From: Candidatus Nanogingivalaceae bacterium
GTDB lineage: Bacteria > Patescibacteriota > Saccharimonadia > Saccharimonadales > Saccharimonadaceae
Assembly (NCBI GenBank): GCA_015257795.3
Contig: CP072208.2
Coordinates: forward strand, 210,001-242,000
Direction: 5' to 3'
Length of the DNA: 32,000 bases
The position numbers and the translations under genes were made by a program. Shown here in pieces: positions 23,824 through 32,000 of the stretch. The notes under the pieces were generated by a model, which did not search any database, was not told the DNA's origin, and saw nothing but the letters and a program-made list of their open reading frames with translations. The stretch's first letter is position 1, and every line of letters starts with the position of its first letter.

Positions 23824-25347
23824 TTATTTTTTAGGTTGCTGCTTATTTTGCGCTGCTGCAATTTTTGCGGCACGTGGATCTTCAGTTTTAAGATAAATTT
23901 TTGGGAAAAGTAGTCCAATCTCTTCATCGCGAATTACACCACTACCAAAAATTGTTTGGAGTTTTTCGGCTGTGTCGGGCATGAAGGGTTTAAGCATTTC
24001 ACCAATCTGAAGAAGTCCTGAAACTGAGTGCGCAAGAACTTCTGCTAAGTGATTTTCTTCATCCTTGTCTTCTTTTGCTTTTTTAGCAATTTCCCAAGGT
24101 TTTACGCCTTCAATATATTGATTATGCGCGCGAACCAATCCCCAAGCTTCATCGATAGCTTTGTTGAATTCCAGACCTTTCATATAGTTGTTGTAGGTGT
24201 GGCGGTCGTGTTCATCGCGAGGAATTTCACCGATCACGCCAGACTGATACCGTTTAACCATGTTTGCTACGCGTGAGGCTAAGTTTCCCAAATCGTTACC
24301 CAGTTCGTTATTGTAGGCATTTTCGAATTTCTCCCAAGTGAAATCACCATCATCTTGAGTTGCAATGTGGCGCGAGAAATAATATCGAAAAGCATCTAGT
24401 CCATAGTTATCGATAATTTCATTCGGATCAACCACGTTTCCGATAGATTTACTCATTTTTATACCATTGCTTGAAATATGACCGTGAACTAATAGAGTTT
24501 TAGGTAGAGGTAACCCAAGGCCGAGTAGCATTGCTGGCCAAATTCCAGCATGAAAACGCAAAATATCTTTACCAATGACTTGCACGTTTGCAGGCCAGAA
24601 ATCTTCCCATTCAGGAATGTCAGGATAGCCAATAACAGTTAGGTAGTTTGCTAAGGCGTCAATCCAGACATACATAATTTGTTCTGGATCGCCAGGAACT
24701 GGAATTCCCCAAGTTAGATTCTTTTTTGGTCGTGAAATTGAAACATCTTCGAGTCCACCTTTTAGAAAGTTTAAAAATTCTTTCTTGCGATATTCTGGAA
24801 CGATTTTCATTCGATCTGATTCAATCGCTTCGATAATTTTTGGAGTAAATTCTGAAATTCGCAAATAATAGTTTTCTTCCGAAAGTCTTTCGAAAGGCTT
24901 TTGGTGATTTGGACAAACTCCATGTGATTCGGCTACTTCTTTCTCGGTGTAAAAACTTTCACAACCTGTACAATACCAGCCTTCGTAAGTATTTTTATAG
25001 ATATAAGGCTGAAGTTTCATCCAGATATATTGTGAAGCCCCAACGTGATGTGAATCTGTTGTTCGGATAAAATCCGTGTAAGTTGTTTTCATTTTGTCCA
25101 TTAAATTTTTGAAATTTTGAACAGTTCCGTCAACATATTCTTGCGGAGTTAAGCCGTTTTCGGCTGCTTTTTCAGCAATTTTATTTCCATGCTCGTCTGT
25201 CCCAACTTGAAAACGAACTTCATTTCCCTGTTGTCGTTGATATCTTGACCAAATGTCGGCAATTAAATAATCGAGCGCATTACCAATATGTGGCGCGCCA
25301 TTTGCGTAAGGAATTGCGGTTGTGATATAGAGTTTTTTCTTTGTCAT
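23824..25347 (-). CDS. metG: Methionyl-tRNA synthetase
   Basis: The HIGH-type motif is AIPYANGAPHIGN and the KMSKS motif is present. I choose the start at MTKKKLYITT (25347). Confidence 0.9.
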   Translation of the reverse strand: MTKKKLYITTAIPYANGAPHIGNALDYLIADIWSRYQRQQGNEVRFQVGTDEHGNKIAEKAAENGLTPQEYVDGTVQNFKNLMDKMKTTYTDFIRTTDSHHVGASQYIWMKLQPYIYKNTYEGWYCTGCESFYTEKEVAESHGVCPNHQKPFERLSEENYYLRISEFTPKIIEAIESDRMKIVPEYRKKEFLNFLKGGLEDVSISRPKKNLTWGIPVPGDPEQIMYVWIDALANYLTVIGYPDIPEWEDFWPANVQVIGKDILRFHAGIWPAMLLGLGLPLPKTLLVHGHISSNGIKMSKSIGNVVDPNEIIDNYGLDAFRYYFSRHIATQDDGDFTWEKFENAYNNELGNDLGNLASRVANMVKRYQSGVIGEIPRDEHDRHTYNNYMKGLEFNKAIDEAWGLVRAHNQYIEGVKPWEIAKKAKEDKDEENHLAEVLAHSVSGLLQIGEMLKPFMPDTAEKLQTIFGSGVIRDEEIGLLFPKIYLKTEDPRAAKIAAAQNKQQPKK

Positions 25348-25408
25348 ACTGCTTATAATTATATCATATAATAGCAGCGAACACAAAAAAGATTGAGCTA
25401 GAAAAGAC

Positions 25409-26284
25409 TTATCGGTTGAAAAATAATTTCGAAATTTTTAGCCAATCATTAATTTTTAAATCTTGTGCGCGTAGATCTGGCGAAATTTCACAAGCTTCTA
25501 AAATTTCAGCAGATTTTTCTTTCGAAATTGCAAGATTAGCGCTCAAGCTTTTCGAAATTTTTTTACGTTTTGCTGCAAAACCAGCTTTAACAATTCGAAA
25601 GAATTCTTTTTCAGAAACTTGACAGTTGTTTTCGAGGTTAAATTTTTCAATTAGATTTTGTTCCCTAGCCTTTAAAATAACCACTTGAGAATCAACTTTT
25701 GGCGGTGGTGTAAAAAACTCTCGTTCAACAATTTGGCCAAGCTCGGCATTTGCATAAATCTGTGAGGCGATCGCTAAAATACTTAAATCTCCAGGTTTTG
25801 CGCAAATTCGCTCAGCTACTTCTTTTTGGACTAAAAGCGCAGCAACACTTGGTTTATTATCGCTTGTAAGTAGTTTTTCGATAATTTTTGAAGTGATGTA
25901 ATATGGCACGTTTGCGGCAACTTTATATTTTTTCGGTAGTTTTGAAAGATCAAAATCTAAAAAATCCGCATTTTGAACGGTAAGATTCTTGCCTGGAAAT
26001 TGTGCTGGTAGTTTTTTTGCCAAGTTTTCATCAAACTCGATTGAAAGAACCTCACCCGTATCGCCAGCATACCTTAAGAGCGAAGATGTTAGTGTTCCAA
26101 GGCCTGGGCCAATTTCAAGCACGAAATCGCCGTTTTTAATTTCGGCTTCTTCAGCGATTCCATCCAAAATAAATCTATCGCGCAACCAATGTTGCCCGAG
26201 GGATTTATTATTTTTTAAATTTGAATTTTCTCTTTTTTTGGATTTTTTTTGACTAGATTTCTGATTAAAGCTAAGCTTTACCAC
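25409..26284 (-). CDS. rsmA: 16S rRNA (adenine1518/1519-N6)-dimethyltransferase RsmA/KsgA (start uncertain)
   Basis: LGQHWL followed by VLEIGPGLGTLT (SAM motif) and NVPYYITS. A GTG at 26284 overlaps the upstream stop (GTGGTAA). The track ATG at 26401 would overlap the upstream gene by 124 nt. Confidence 0.8.
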   Translation of the reverse strand: MVKLSFNQKSSQKKSKKRENSNLKNNKSLGQHWLRDRFILDGIAEEAEIKNGDFVLEIGPGLGTLTSSLLRYAGDTGEVLSIEFDENLAKKLPAQFPGKNLTVQNADFLDFDLSKLPKKYKVAANVPYYITSKIIEKLLTSDNKPSVAALLVQKEVAERICAKPGDLSILAIASQIYANAELGQIVEREFFTPPPKVDSQVVILKAREQNLIEKFNLENNCQVSEKEFFRIVKAGFAAKRKKISKSLSANLAISKEKSAEILEACEISPDLRAQDLKINDWLKISKLFFNR

Positions 26285-27480
26285 GAATGACTCGCTTTCC
26301 AGTGTGCATATGCTGCTGCCCATGAGCCGTAACGGCTTGTTGCGTAAATTGATGCTGAACGGAGCTGACAAATGGGGTCGCTTAAAGTTGAGCCTGAGCA
26401 ACCATGTCTGTTTAAGTTAGAAATAGAGGTTTGGTATAGACCGTAATATTGTCCATTTCGAGCAGTTGGTCGCCAAGTTGATTCTTTAGTGATAATATAG
26501 TCAACATATCCGTAATCGCTAGCAGAAATTCCAGCCGCGCTCATCCAATCTGTGTGTGATCCGGCAGGGAGGCTAGTTTTTGTTCCAACAATCACCACTT
26601 GTTTTTTAGCAGCCTTAATTTCAGTTTCATTGATTTTTTTGCGTGAGATTTCTTTACCATTCTGCATTTCAACTTCATAAGTTACGCTCTTGGTGCCTTT
26701 TTCGCCAGCTTCTTTGATTTCTTTATAGCCAGAATCTTTATTAGCGTCTTGAATTGTTTCAGTTTGGAAATCTGTTGGTTCTTCAACGGTCAAAGTTTGC
26801 TTACCGTTTCGCCAAATTCGAAAATTCAATCCATTCGCAATTTGAGTTTTTAGGTCAATCGAAATACCATCGTCTTTTCCAAGAACGATTTTCTTTTCTT
26901 TCAAGAAATCCTCAACAGTTTTGGCTTGCGTTCGAAAACTTTCGGTTTTTCCAAATAAGTCGACAGAAATTTCTTTAGCACGAGTAATTTTTAATGTATT
27001 TATTGAGCCATCTTCAAGAATGTTTCCTGATTCCTCAAAAGCAAGCTTATCTTCATTATGAACGTTTAAGTCAGCTTTTTCGGCGATTTGGCGAGGGGTT
27101 TGCGCTGCGGTTAGAATTTTTGTTTTTAGCTCGCCGTCTTCAATGACTACCGGTTTTGCGCGGTAAATATTAATGCTGTATTCAGCGCCGGTTAATTCTT
27201 CATCAAGCCCCGGCTCGACACTGTCTTCTTTTGAGAAATTAATTTTTTGTGCTTTAAGCGCTTCTCGAACAGTTTTTGCATTAGTTTTGAATGAAGTTTT
27301 TTGGCCACTTTCAAAAACAGTTAAAATTTTGTTTCCCTGACCTGTAGCTTTTGCAGAATTTTTACCCGCAACTGCAAAAATATTTAATAGAAGCAAAAAT
27401 CCAAGCGAAGCAAACCCCGCAATTAGAAGTTGTTTTTTATAAAAATAAATAGGTTGTAAAACTCGCATTATTAATAGCAA
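26278..27480 (-). CDS. DUF348-repeat/G5-domain cell-wall hydrolase (RpfB/YabE-like architecture)
   Basis: N-terminal TM segment. Three similar ~50-aa repeats (TVREALKAQKINFSKED..., TPRQIAEKADLNVHNED..., TVEDFLKEKKIVLGKDD...). A G5-like segment. A C-terminal transglycosylase-like block (ITKESTWRPTARNGQYYGLYQ). Confidence 0.65.
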   Translation of the reverse strand: MLLIMRVLQPIYFYKKQLLIAGFASLGFLLLLNIFAVAGKNSAKATGQGNKILTVFESGQKTSFKTNAKTVREALKAQKINFSKEDSVEPGLDEELTGAEYSINIYRAKPVVIEDGELKTKILTAAQTPRQIAEKADLNVHNEDKLAFEESGNILEDGSINTLKITRAKEISVDLFGKTESFRTQAKTVEDFLKEKKIVLGKDDGISIDLKTQIANGLNFRIWRNGKQTLTVEEPTDFQTETIQDANKDSGYKEIKEAGEKGTKSVTYEVEMQNGKEISRKKINETEIKAAKKQVVIVGTKTSLPAGSHTDWMSAAGISASDYGYVDYIITKESTWRPTARNGQYYGLYQTSISNLNRHGCSGSTLSDPICQLRSASIYATSRYGSWAAAYAHWKASHSW

Positions 27481-27512
27481 TTATAGCAAATAAAATTCGA
27501 AAGGTCAAATTT

Positions 27513-29660
27513 TTAGAGCTTTTCGAGGCGGGCAAATTCAGCGTTTAGTTTTCGAATTTTGCCGTTGCCAAACTCAATTTCAACCGCCAATCCATCGATA
27601 TCTTTAACGATACCGGCACCAAAAGCGGGGCTTTTCACACGATCGCCAATTTGCAAGCCGCATTCATCAGAATAAAAATCATCAAATTCCTCAAAACTAA
27701 CCTCTTGGCTATAATCTTCTTCTTCTTTCGAAAAATCATTCCAGCCGCCAAAATTCTTTTTTGGTAGCTCTAGCTCGGCATCAGTAATAAAACGGCTCGG
27801 ACTAGAATAATTTCGTTGACCAAAAACAGCTCGCGATTCAGCATAGCTCAAAATTAACTCTTCTCGTGCGCGCGTCATTCCCACATAGCAAAGTCGGCGT
27901 TCTTCTTCTAAATCATCTTCACCAGTGTCAAAAACTCGGCTGTGCGGAAAAATCCCTTCTTCCATTCCCGCCAAAAATACCACCGGGAACTCCAAACCTT
28001 TTGCGGCGTGCAAAGTCATTAAATTCACTTCATCGCCACTTTTTGCATCAGCTGAACTCATCAGTGCGGCATCTTCCAAAAAGCTTGCCAAATCTGCGTA
28101 ATTTTTTGCTTCACTTACTAAGGTTGAAAGATATTCACTTCGTTCAGTTGCTTCGTTTTCAGTTAATTTTTCATTTTTACCGTAATTTGTTCGTTCTAAA
28201 ATTCTCTCAATAATTTCGCTCGGGTTTGATGAATTTTCGCTTAAAATTTGGCATTCGCGAAAAATCTCGCCCAGATTTACTAATGAATTTCGTGCGCGTG
28301 AAGTTAAGGTTGAAAGTTCTCCAGCTTGAAGTAAGCTCGAAATCAAATCCAAACTATTCGAACTTTGCCAGTTCAAGAATTTCGAAAGGCTCACTGCACC
28401 CAAACCGCGCGCTGGCACATTCACAATTCGCTCAAAAGCCACGCGGTCGAGTGGATTATAAATCACTCGCAAATAAGCCAAAATATCTTTAATTTCTTTG
28501 CGGTCATAAAAGCGTGTTCCACCAAAAATTTTATACGGAATTTGATACCGAATCATTGCTTTTTCAAAGTTATAGCTTTGCGCGTTTGTGCGATAAAGAA
28601 TTGCGAAATCGCTAAATTTTCGTGCACCAACAGTTTTAAAACTGAAAATCTGGCCTGCAATTTTCGCCGCTTCTTCGCTTTCATCGCGCGCACTTTGCAC
28701 TAAAACGGGTTCGCCTTTACCGAGTTCGGTAAAGAGTTTTTTATCGGTTCGGTTGTGGTTTTTCGAAATCACGTTGTGTGCGGCGTTCAAAATATTCTCA
28801 GTTGAACGATAATTTTGCTCCAGTTTTATTACTTTTGCACCCTTGTAATCTCTTTCGAAATTCAAAATATTCGTAAAATCTGCACCACGCCAAGAATAAA
28901 TGCTCTGCCAGTCATCACCAACCACGCAAATATTTCGCTCGGCGTTCACGATCATTTTTATAATCGCATATTGTGCCGCGTTCGTATCCTGATACTCGTC
29001 AATCAAAATATGATTAAATTTATTTTGCCAAAATTCGCGAATTTCTTTATTTTGCTGAAGTAATTTTACTGTTTCGAAAAGCAAATCATCAAAATCTAGC
29101 GCATTCGCTTTGTTTCGTTCTTTTTCGTAGCGCAAAAAAATCTCAGAAACTTTTTGCTCAAAACCCCAGTTTGCGCCGTTTGCAAATTCTTCTGCCGTTA
29201 AAAGCTGATTTTTTGCATTCGAAATTGCGCTTGAAACACTTTGCGGTTTCAAACTTTTTTCGTCAATTTGTAATTCTTTCATGATTTTTTTAATCAAGCT
29301 TCGTCGGTCGTCCTCATCATAAATCACAAAATTTGGCGCCACGCCAATCGCTTCACCTTTAAGTCGCAAAATCTTCACGCAAATTCCGTGAAAAGTTCCC
29401 ATCCAAGGCATAAAAAATCGGTCGTTCGCGTCGCGGTTAAGCAAATCCGCCAAACGTTCACGCATTTCTCGCGCGGCTTTGTTGGTGAAAGTCACCGCTA
29501 AAATCGTTTCGCTCGCTACGCCGTGCGCAATTAAATTCGCAATTCGGTGCGTTAAAGTTTTGGTTTTACCGCTTCCCGCGCCCGCCAAAATTAGCATTGG
29601 CCCACTTAAAGTTTCCACCGCCTCTTTTTGATTTTTATTTAAGCCTTTCGTAATATCCAT
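27513..29660 (-). CDS. pcrA: ATP-dependent DNA helicase PcrA/UvrD (SF1)
   Basis: AGAGSGKTKT (motif I), DEYQDTN (motif II), YRS and TLHAAKGLEFP blocks, VGMTRA, and a C-terminal Tudor-like tail. Confidence 0.9.
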   Translation of the reverse strand: MDITKGLNKNQKEAVETLSGPMLILAGAGSGKTKTLTHRIANLIAHGVASETILAVTFTNKAAREMRERLADLLNRDANDRFFMPWMGTFHGICVKILRLKGEAIGVAPNFVIYDEDDRRSLIKKIMKELQIDEKSLKPQSVSSAISNAKNQLLTAEEFANGANWGFEQKVSEIFLRYEKERNKANALDFDDLLFETVKLLQQNKEIREFWQNKFNHILIDEYQDTNAAQYAIIKMIVNAERNICVVGDDWQSIYSWRGADFTNILNFERDYKGAKVIKLEQNYRSTENILNAAHNVISKNHNRTDKKLFTELGKGEPVLVQSARDESEEAAKIAGQIFSFKTVGARKFSDFAILYRTNAQSYNFEKAMIRYQIPYKIFGGTRFYDRKEIKDILAYLRVIYNPLDRVAFERIVNVPARGLGAVSLSKFLNWQSSNSLDLISSLLQAGELSTLTSRARNSLVNLGEIFRECQILSENSSNPSEIIERILERTNYGKNEKLTENEATERSEYLSTLVSEAKNYADLASFLEDAALMSSADAKSGDEVNLMTLHAAKGLEFPVVFLAGMEEGIFPHSRVFDTGEDDLEEERRLCYVGMTRAREELILSYAESRAVFGQRNYSSPSRFITDAELELPKKNFGGWNDFSKEEEDYSQEVSFEEFDDFYSDECGLQIGDRVKSPAFGAGIVKDIDGLAVEIEFGNGKIRKLNAEFARLEKL

Positions 29661-29667
29661 ACTTTCG

Positions 29668-29676
29668 ATTATAGCA
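29668..29676 (-). promoter_or_regulatory. Extended -10 TGCTATAAT, 7 nt before the pcrA ATG (leaderless-type)
   Basis: The + strand reads ATTATAGCA at 29668-29676. The start codon is at 29660-29658. There is no SD sequence. Confidence 0.45.
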
Positions 29677-29712
29677 TAACTTATTTAGATATTTCCATTT
29701 TTTTCGAAAGTG

Positions 29713-29721
29713 TGCTAAAAT
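29713..29721 (+). promoter_or_regulatory. Extended -10 TGCTAAAAT, 6 nt before the ATG at 29728 (leaderless-type)
   Basis: Read directly from the sequence. There is no SD sequence. Confidence 0.45.
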
Positions 29722-29727
29722 ATTTTT

Positions 29728-30216
29728 ATGGAAAATCACGCTTATTCTGATAAAAATCTTGAAGAATTCTTGCAAAAACATTTTGGTGTTAGCTTTGGGA
29801 TTGAAGAAGTTATTTCGCGCAATCTTCCGGTTGGTTATTCGGCCGAGGCTACCATTTTTAAAAGCAAAAAAGGTCGCGTCTATGCGTTTATTTCAGTTGA
29901 AGCGCGTGCAACTTTGGGTGATATTCAATATATTCTTTCGAAAATGAACTTAAAACCAGCCTATTTCTTTCCACCAAGTGGTTTCGAAAACTATTTTTTT
30001 GAGCGTGCAAAAGTTCAATTTTTAGAGGTTTTTCCCGGTCGGCACGACGTTAAAGATTCTGAGCTTCGTTATTACAAAAAACGCGTTTCTTATAACCCCG
30101 CTCTTGTTGAAATTGCTGAAATCCGCGATGGCGAGATTCGTTGTTTTAATTCCGATTCAATCGGTTCTTGGCGCACAGCGCAACGATATTCGTATAAAAA
30201 AATTTTAATGCAATAA
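29728..30216 (+). CDS. Hypothetical protein (162 aa)
   Basis: A complete ORF divergent from pcrA. I recognise no motif. Confidence 0.65.
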   Translation: MENHAYSDKNLEEFLQKHFGVSFGIEEVISRNLPVGYSAEATIFKSKKGRVYAFISVEARATLGDIQYILSKMNLKPAYFFPPSGFENYFFERAKVQFLEVFPGRHDVKDSELRYYKKRVSYNPALVEIAEIRDGEIRCFNSDSIGSWRTAQRYSYKKILMQ

Positions 30217-30264
30217 TTTTTTAGATATAAACCACCAAATTCTTAAAAAATTCTTAAAAAAGCC

Positions 30265-30293
30265 TTGCAAAATGATTGTGCTTGTGCTTTAAT
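30265..30293 (+). promoter_or_regulatory. Pilin promoter TTGCAA-17 nt-(TGc)TTTAAT, preceded by a tandem A-tract repeat (ATTCTTAAAAA x2)
   Basis: The hexamers and spacing were read directly. Confidence 0.5.
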
Positions 30294-30362
30294 GGTTGCA
30301 TACGGACAGACCGTAAATAAAAATACTAATAATAATTGTTCATTAGAAAGGTGGAATTTCAT

Positions 30363-30845
30363 ATGAACCTAATCAACAAAAACAATAAAAAAGGTTTCAC
30401 AATCATCGAAGTTGTGCTTGTGCTTGCCATTGCAGGTCTTATCTTCTTGATGGTGTTCTTGGCATTGCCAGCATTGCAACGATCACAACGTGATACACAA
30501 CGAAAGAACGACGCTTCACGCTTGCGCGCAGCCGTAACAGACTATAGCTCAAACAACCGAGGAGCATTGCCTTGGACTGCTGCAGGAGATATCGCAGATG
30601 ATTCAGCATTCCTAAAAAACTATGTTTTGAAAGGATCGAGCTTCAATGACCCTTCAACAAATGCTCAATACAAGGTTAAAGCAAAGGATACTAATAATAC
30701 AGCATCAATGAGTGACACTGCTATTGGAACTATGTATGTAGCTGCAAAGGCTGCTTGTGATAGTGACGGTGCTATAAAAGCTGGTAACTCAATCGTTGTA
30801 TCAGTTAAAACTGAAAGCGGTGTTGCTAACTGCGTAGAAGGATAA
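30363..30845 (+). CDS. Type IV pilin (prepilin with class III signal peptide)
   Basis: MNLINKNNKKG|FTIIEVVLVLAIAGLIF carries the G/F cleavage site and Glu+5. Two C-terminal Cys residues could form a disulfide loop. The RBS AAAGGTGG favours 30363 over 30336. Confidence 0.85.
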   Translation: MNLINKNNKKGFTIIEVVLVLAIAGLIFLMVFLALPALQRSQRDTQRKNDASRLRAAVTDYSSNNRGALPWTAAGDIADDSAFLKNYVLKGSSFNDPSTNAQYKVKAKDTNNTASMSDTAIGTMYVAAKAACDSDGAIKAGNSIVVSVKTESGVANCVEG

Positions 30846-30870
30846 TCAAATCTTTCTAAACCAATCAATA

Positions 30871-30902
30871 AAAATAACTCTCGTGATGAGAGTTATTTTT
30901 TT
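30871..30902. terminator. Strong bidirectional rho-independent terminator (AATAACTCTC-GTGAT-GAGAGTTATT, A-run upstream, T-run downstream)
   Basis: A perfect 10-bp stem lying between the convergent pilin and DUF421 genes. Confidence 0.8.
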
Positions 30903-30912
30903 AGTTTCGTTT

Positions 30913-31545
30913 TTATTTATAGGTAGTTAGCTTTAGTTTTTTATCTACATATTCACCTAGGAATACATCGCTATACTTGTCTACTCCTTGTTTTTTAAGC
31001 TCAGCAAGAAGCCATTTTTCATCTTTTCCGATCAATTTAAGAATATCATTTTGTAGTTGACCATCTGTAATGATAGGAAATTTTGGATTTTCTTCACCAG
31101 AGTGAATTATAATTAGCTGTCCATCTTGTTCAACAATAGCTCTTTTTATTCCGTCTGACGAAAAAATACCGTTAGTTCGTAATTTAAAAGCCACATCGTG
31201 AGCAGATAAACCTGCTTTTTTGCAGTTTTCGATGTTTATCTTACCTTCATTAATAATGGTTAAGGCTTTGCCATCTATTAGTTGTTTGGCGGTTACATTA
31301 TTTTTCTTTATCCATTTTAGAGATAGTACAAGGGCGCACCAAATACATAAAATAGCAACAAATTCGAGAATCGTGATGTTATTATTATAGATTACTCCTC
31401 CGATTATTCCACCGAGAACATAATTTATAATCTGGTCGCTAGCCGATGATGGCGCTAGGTTGCCTTTTCCTGTTATATTTATAATTAGCGTCAATGCTAG
31501 AAAGCCAATTATTAGTTTAATGGTTAATAGTAAAAACAAGTCCAT
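30913..31545 (-). CDS. DUF421 (YetF-like) membrane protein
   Basis: The N-terminal TM pair includes ITGKGNLAPSSASDQIINYVLGGIIG. The C-terminal soluble domain is typical of YetF-type proteins. Confidence 0.65.
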   Translation of the reverse strand: MDLFLLLTIKLIIGFLALTLIINITGKGNLAPSSASDQIINYVLGGIIGGVIYNNNITILEFVAILCIWCALVLSLKWIKKNNVTAKQLIDGKALTIINEGKINIENCKKAGLSAHDVAFKLRTNGIFSSDGIKRAIVEQDGQLIIIHSGEENPKFPIITDGQLQNDILKLIGKDEKWLLAELKKQGVDKYSDVFLGEYVDKKLKLTTYK

Positions 31546-31581
31546 TTTTTTCCTCTCTTTATTAGCTGTAGGTCTATTATA

Positions 31582-32000
31582 TTATTTTTTGAGCTTTAAT
31601 ACGATCAGGTTTTCAATGTGCGGTGTTCGTGGAAAAAAGTTATATCCACGCGCATAAGTTATCTCGTATTTTTTGCTCAAAATTGCCACGTCACGCGCTT
31701 GTGTGGTTGGGTTGCAACTTAGGTAAATTACTTTTTCTGGCTCAATTTCGAGAATTTTCTCACAAACTTCGCGATTCATTCCGGCTCTTGGTGGGTCAAC
31801 AATTAGGTTTGAACCTTTTTTGATAAACTCCAGCGCTTTTTCGCTTGGCGCCAAGATAGCTTTTGCGGTTTCTTCCCTATTTAGCTTTTTGATATTTTTT
31901 TGCATTTCATCCACTGCAAATTCATTGATTTCCACTAGGGTTAAATCGCCCGCGCCAATCGTAAGTCCAATTGAACCCACACCAGAATATAAGTCAACCG
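31582..32000 (-). CDS. TrmA/RlmD-family RNA (uracil-5)-methyltransferase, C-terminal part (5' end lies outside the window)
   Basis: VDPPRAGM (SAM-MTase motif IV), the catalytic-Cys block VIYLSCNPTTQARD and the C-terminal FPRTPHIE. The frame stays open to the window end. Confidence 0.8.
   Translation of the reverse strand, partial: VDLYSGVGSIGLTIGAGDLTLVEINEFAVDEMQKNIKKLNREETAKAILAPSEKALEFIKKGSNLIVDPPRAGMNREVCEKILEIEPEKVIYLSCNPTTQARDVAILSKKYEITYARGYNFFPRTPHIENLIVLKLKK

Noticed and set aside
25348-25386. 13-codon extension at the metG start
   Set aside because: The conserved MetRS N-terminus begins at MTKKKLYITT. The promoter-like TATAAT lies within the extension.
26285-26401. The long N-terminal extension of rsmA from the ATG at 26401
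   Set aside because: It would overlap the upstream wall-hydrolase gene by >120 nt and add ~65 residues before the conserved LGQHWL. A GTG overlapping the upstream stop is more plausible, although the start remains uncertain.
30276-30289. The 14-nt direct repeat TTGTGCTTGTGCTT shared by the pilin promoter spacer and the pilin signal-peptide coding region (30412-30425)
   Set aside because: The repeat is direct rather than complementary, so it makes no RNA structure. It is a low-complexity (GTGCTT)2 word, and the coding copy is explained by the VVLVLA sequence. It is probably coincidental.

Overview
This is a low-GC, densely coding bacterial chromosome segment. I saw no rRNA, tRNA or CRISPR array by eye. 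Positions 1-2772 hold the end of the dcw cell-division cluster: the ftsW C-terminus, murG and an FtsQ-like gene. Positions 2809-9153 form a visibly AT-richer island that I read as an integrated filamentous ssDNA phage (inovirus-like). All its genes are on the + strand. They include three small single-TM coat-like ORFs that are too short for the supplied ORF track, a 417-aa g3p-like secreted and anchored protein, a g6p-like membrane protein, a Zot/pI-type P-loop assembly ATPase, a two-tyrosine HUH rolling-circle Rep and a DUF2726 nuclease-like cargo gene. No integrase, transposase or secretin is present. The 5.43-kb phage unit is bracketed by two collinear ~390-bp modules, each with a 21-mer box, a paralogous 77/78-aa gene and a 97-bp near-identical tail. 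The tail contains a dif XerD-arm-like 11-mer and an 18-nt iteron pair. That 18-mer recurs inverted at the extreme left edge of the island. Positions 9.3-32 kb carry housekeeping genes, mostly on the - strand: DUF3048, a YjeF_C-like gene, xth, smpB, pth, der, a MOP-type flippase, a pseudouridine synthase, an HK/RR pair, tatD, metG, rsmA, a DUF348/G5 wall hydrolase, pcrA/uvrD, a type IV pilin, DUF421 and a partial rlmD/trmA-like gene. Three further observations stand out. The palindrome TTCGAA is strongly over-represented in host DNA and absent from the island. Both two-component proteins carry long Pro/Gln-rich tails, including a 21x(CCACAA) coding microsatellite. Several promoters match TGnTAnAAT-N6-7-ATG, which implies leaderless mRNAs. 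The gene content suggests a small-genome monoderm, possibly Patescibacteria/Saccharibacteria-like, but that is only a guess.
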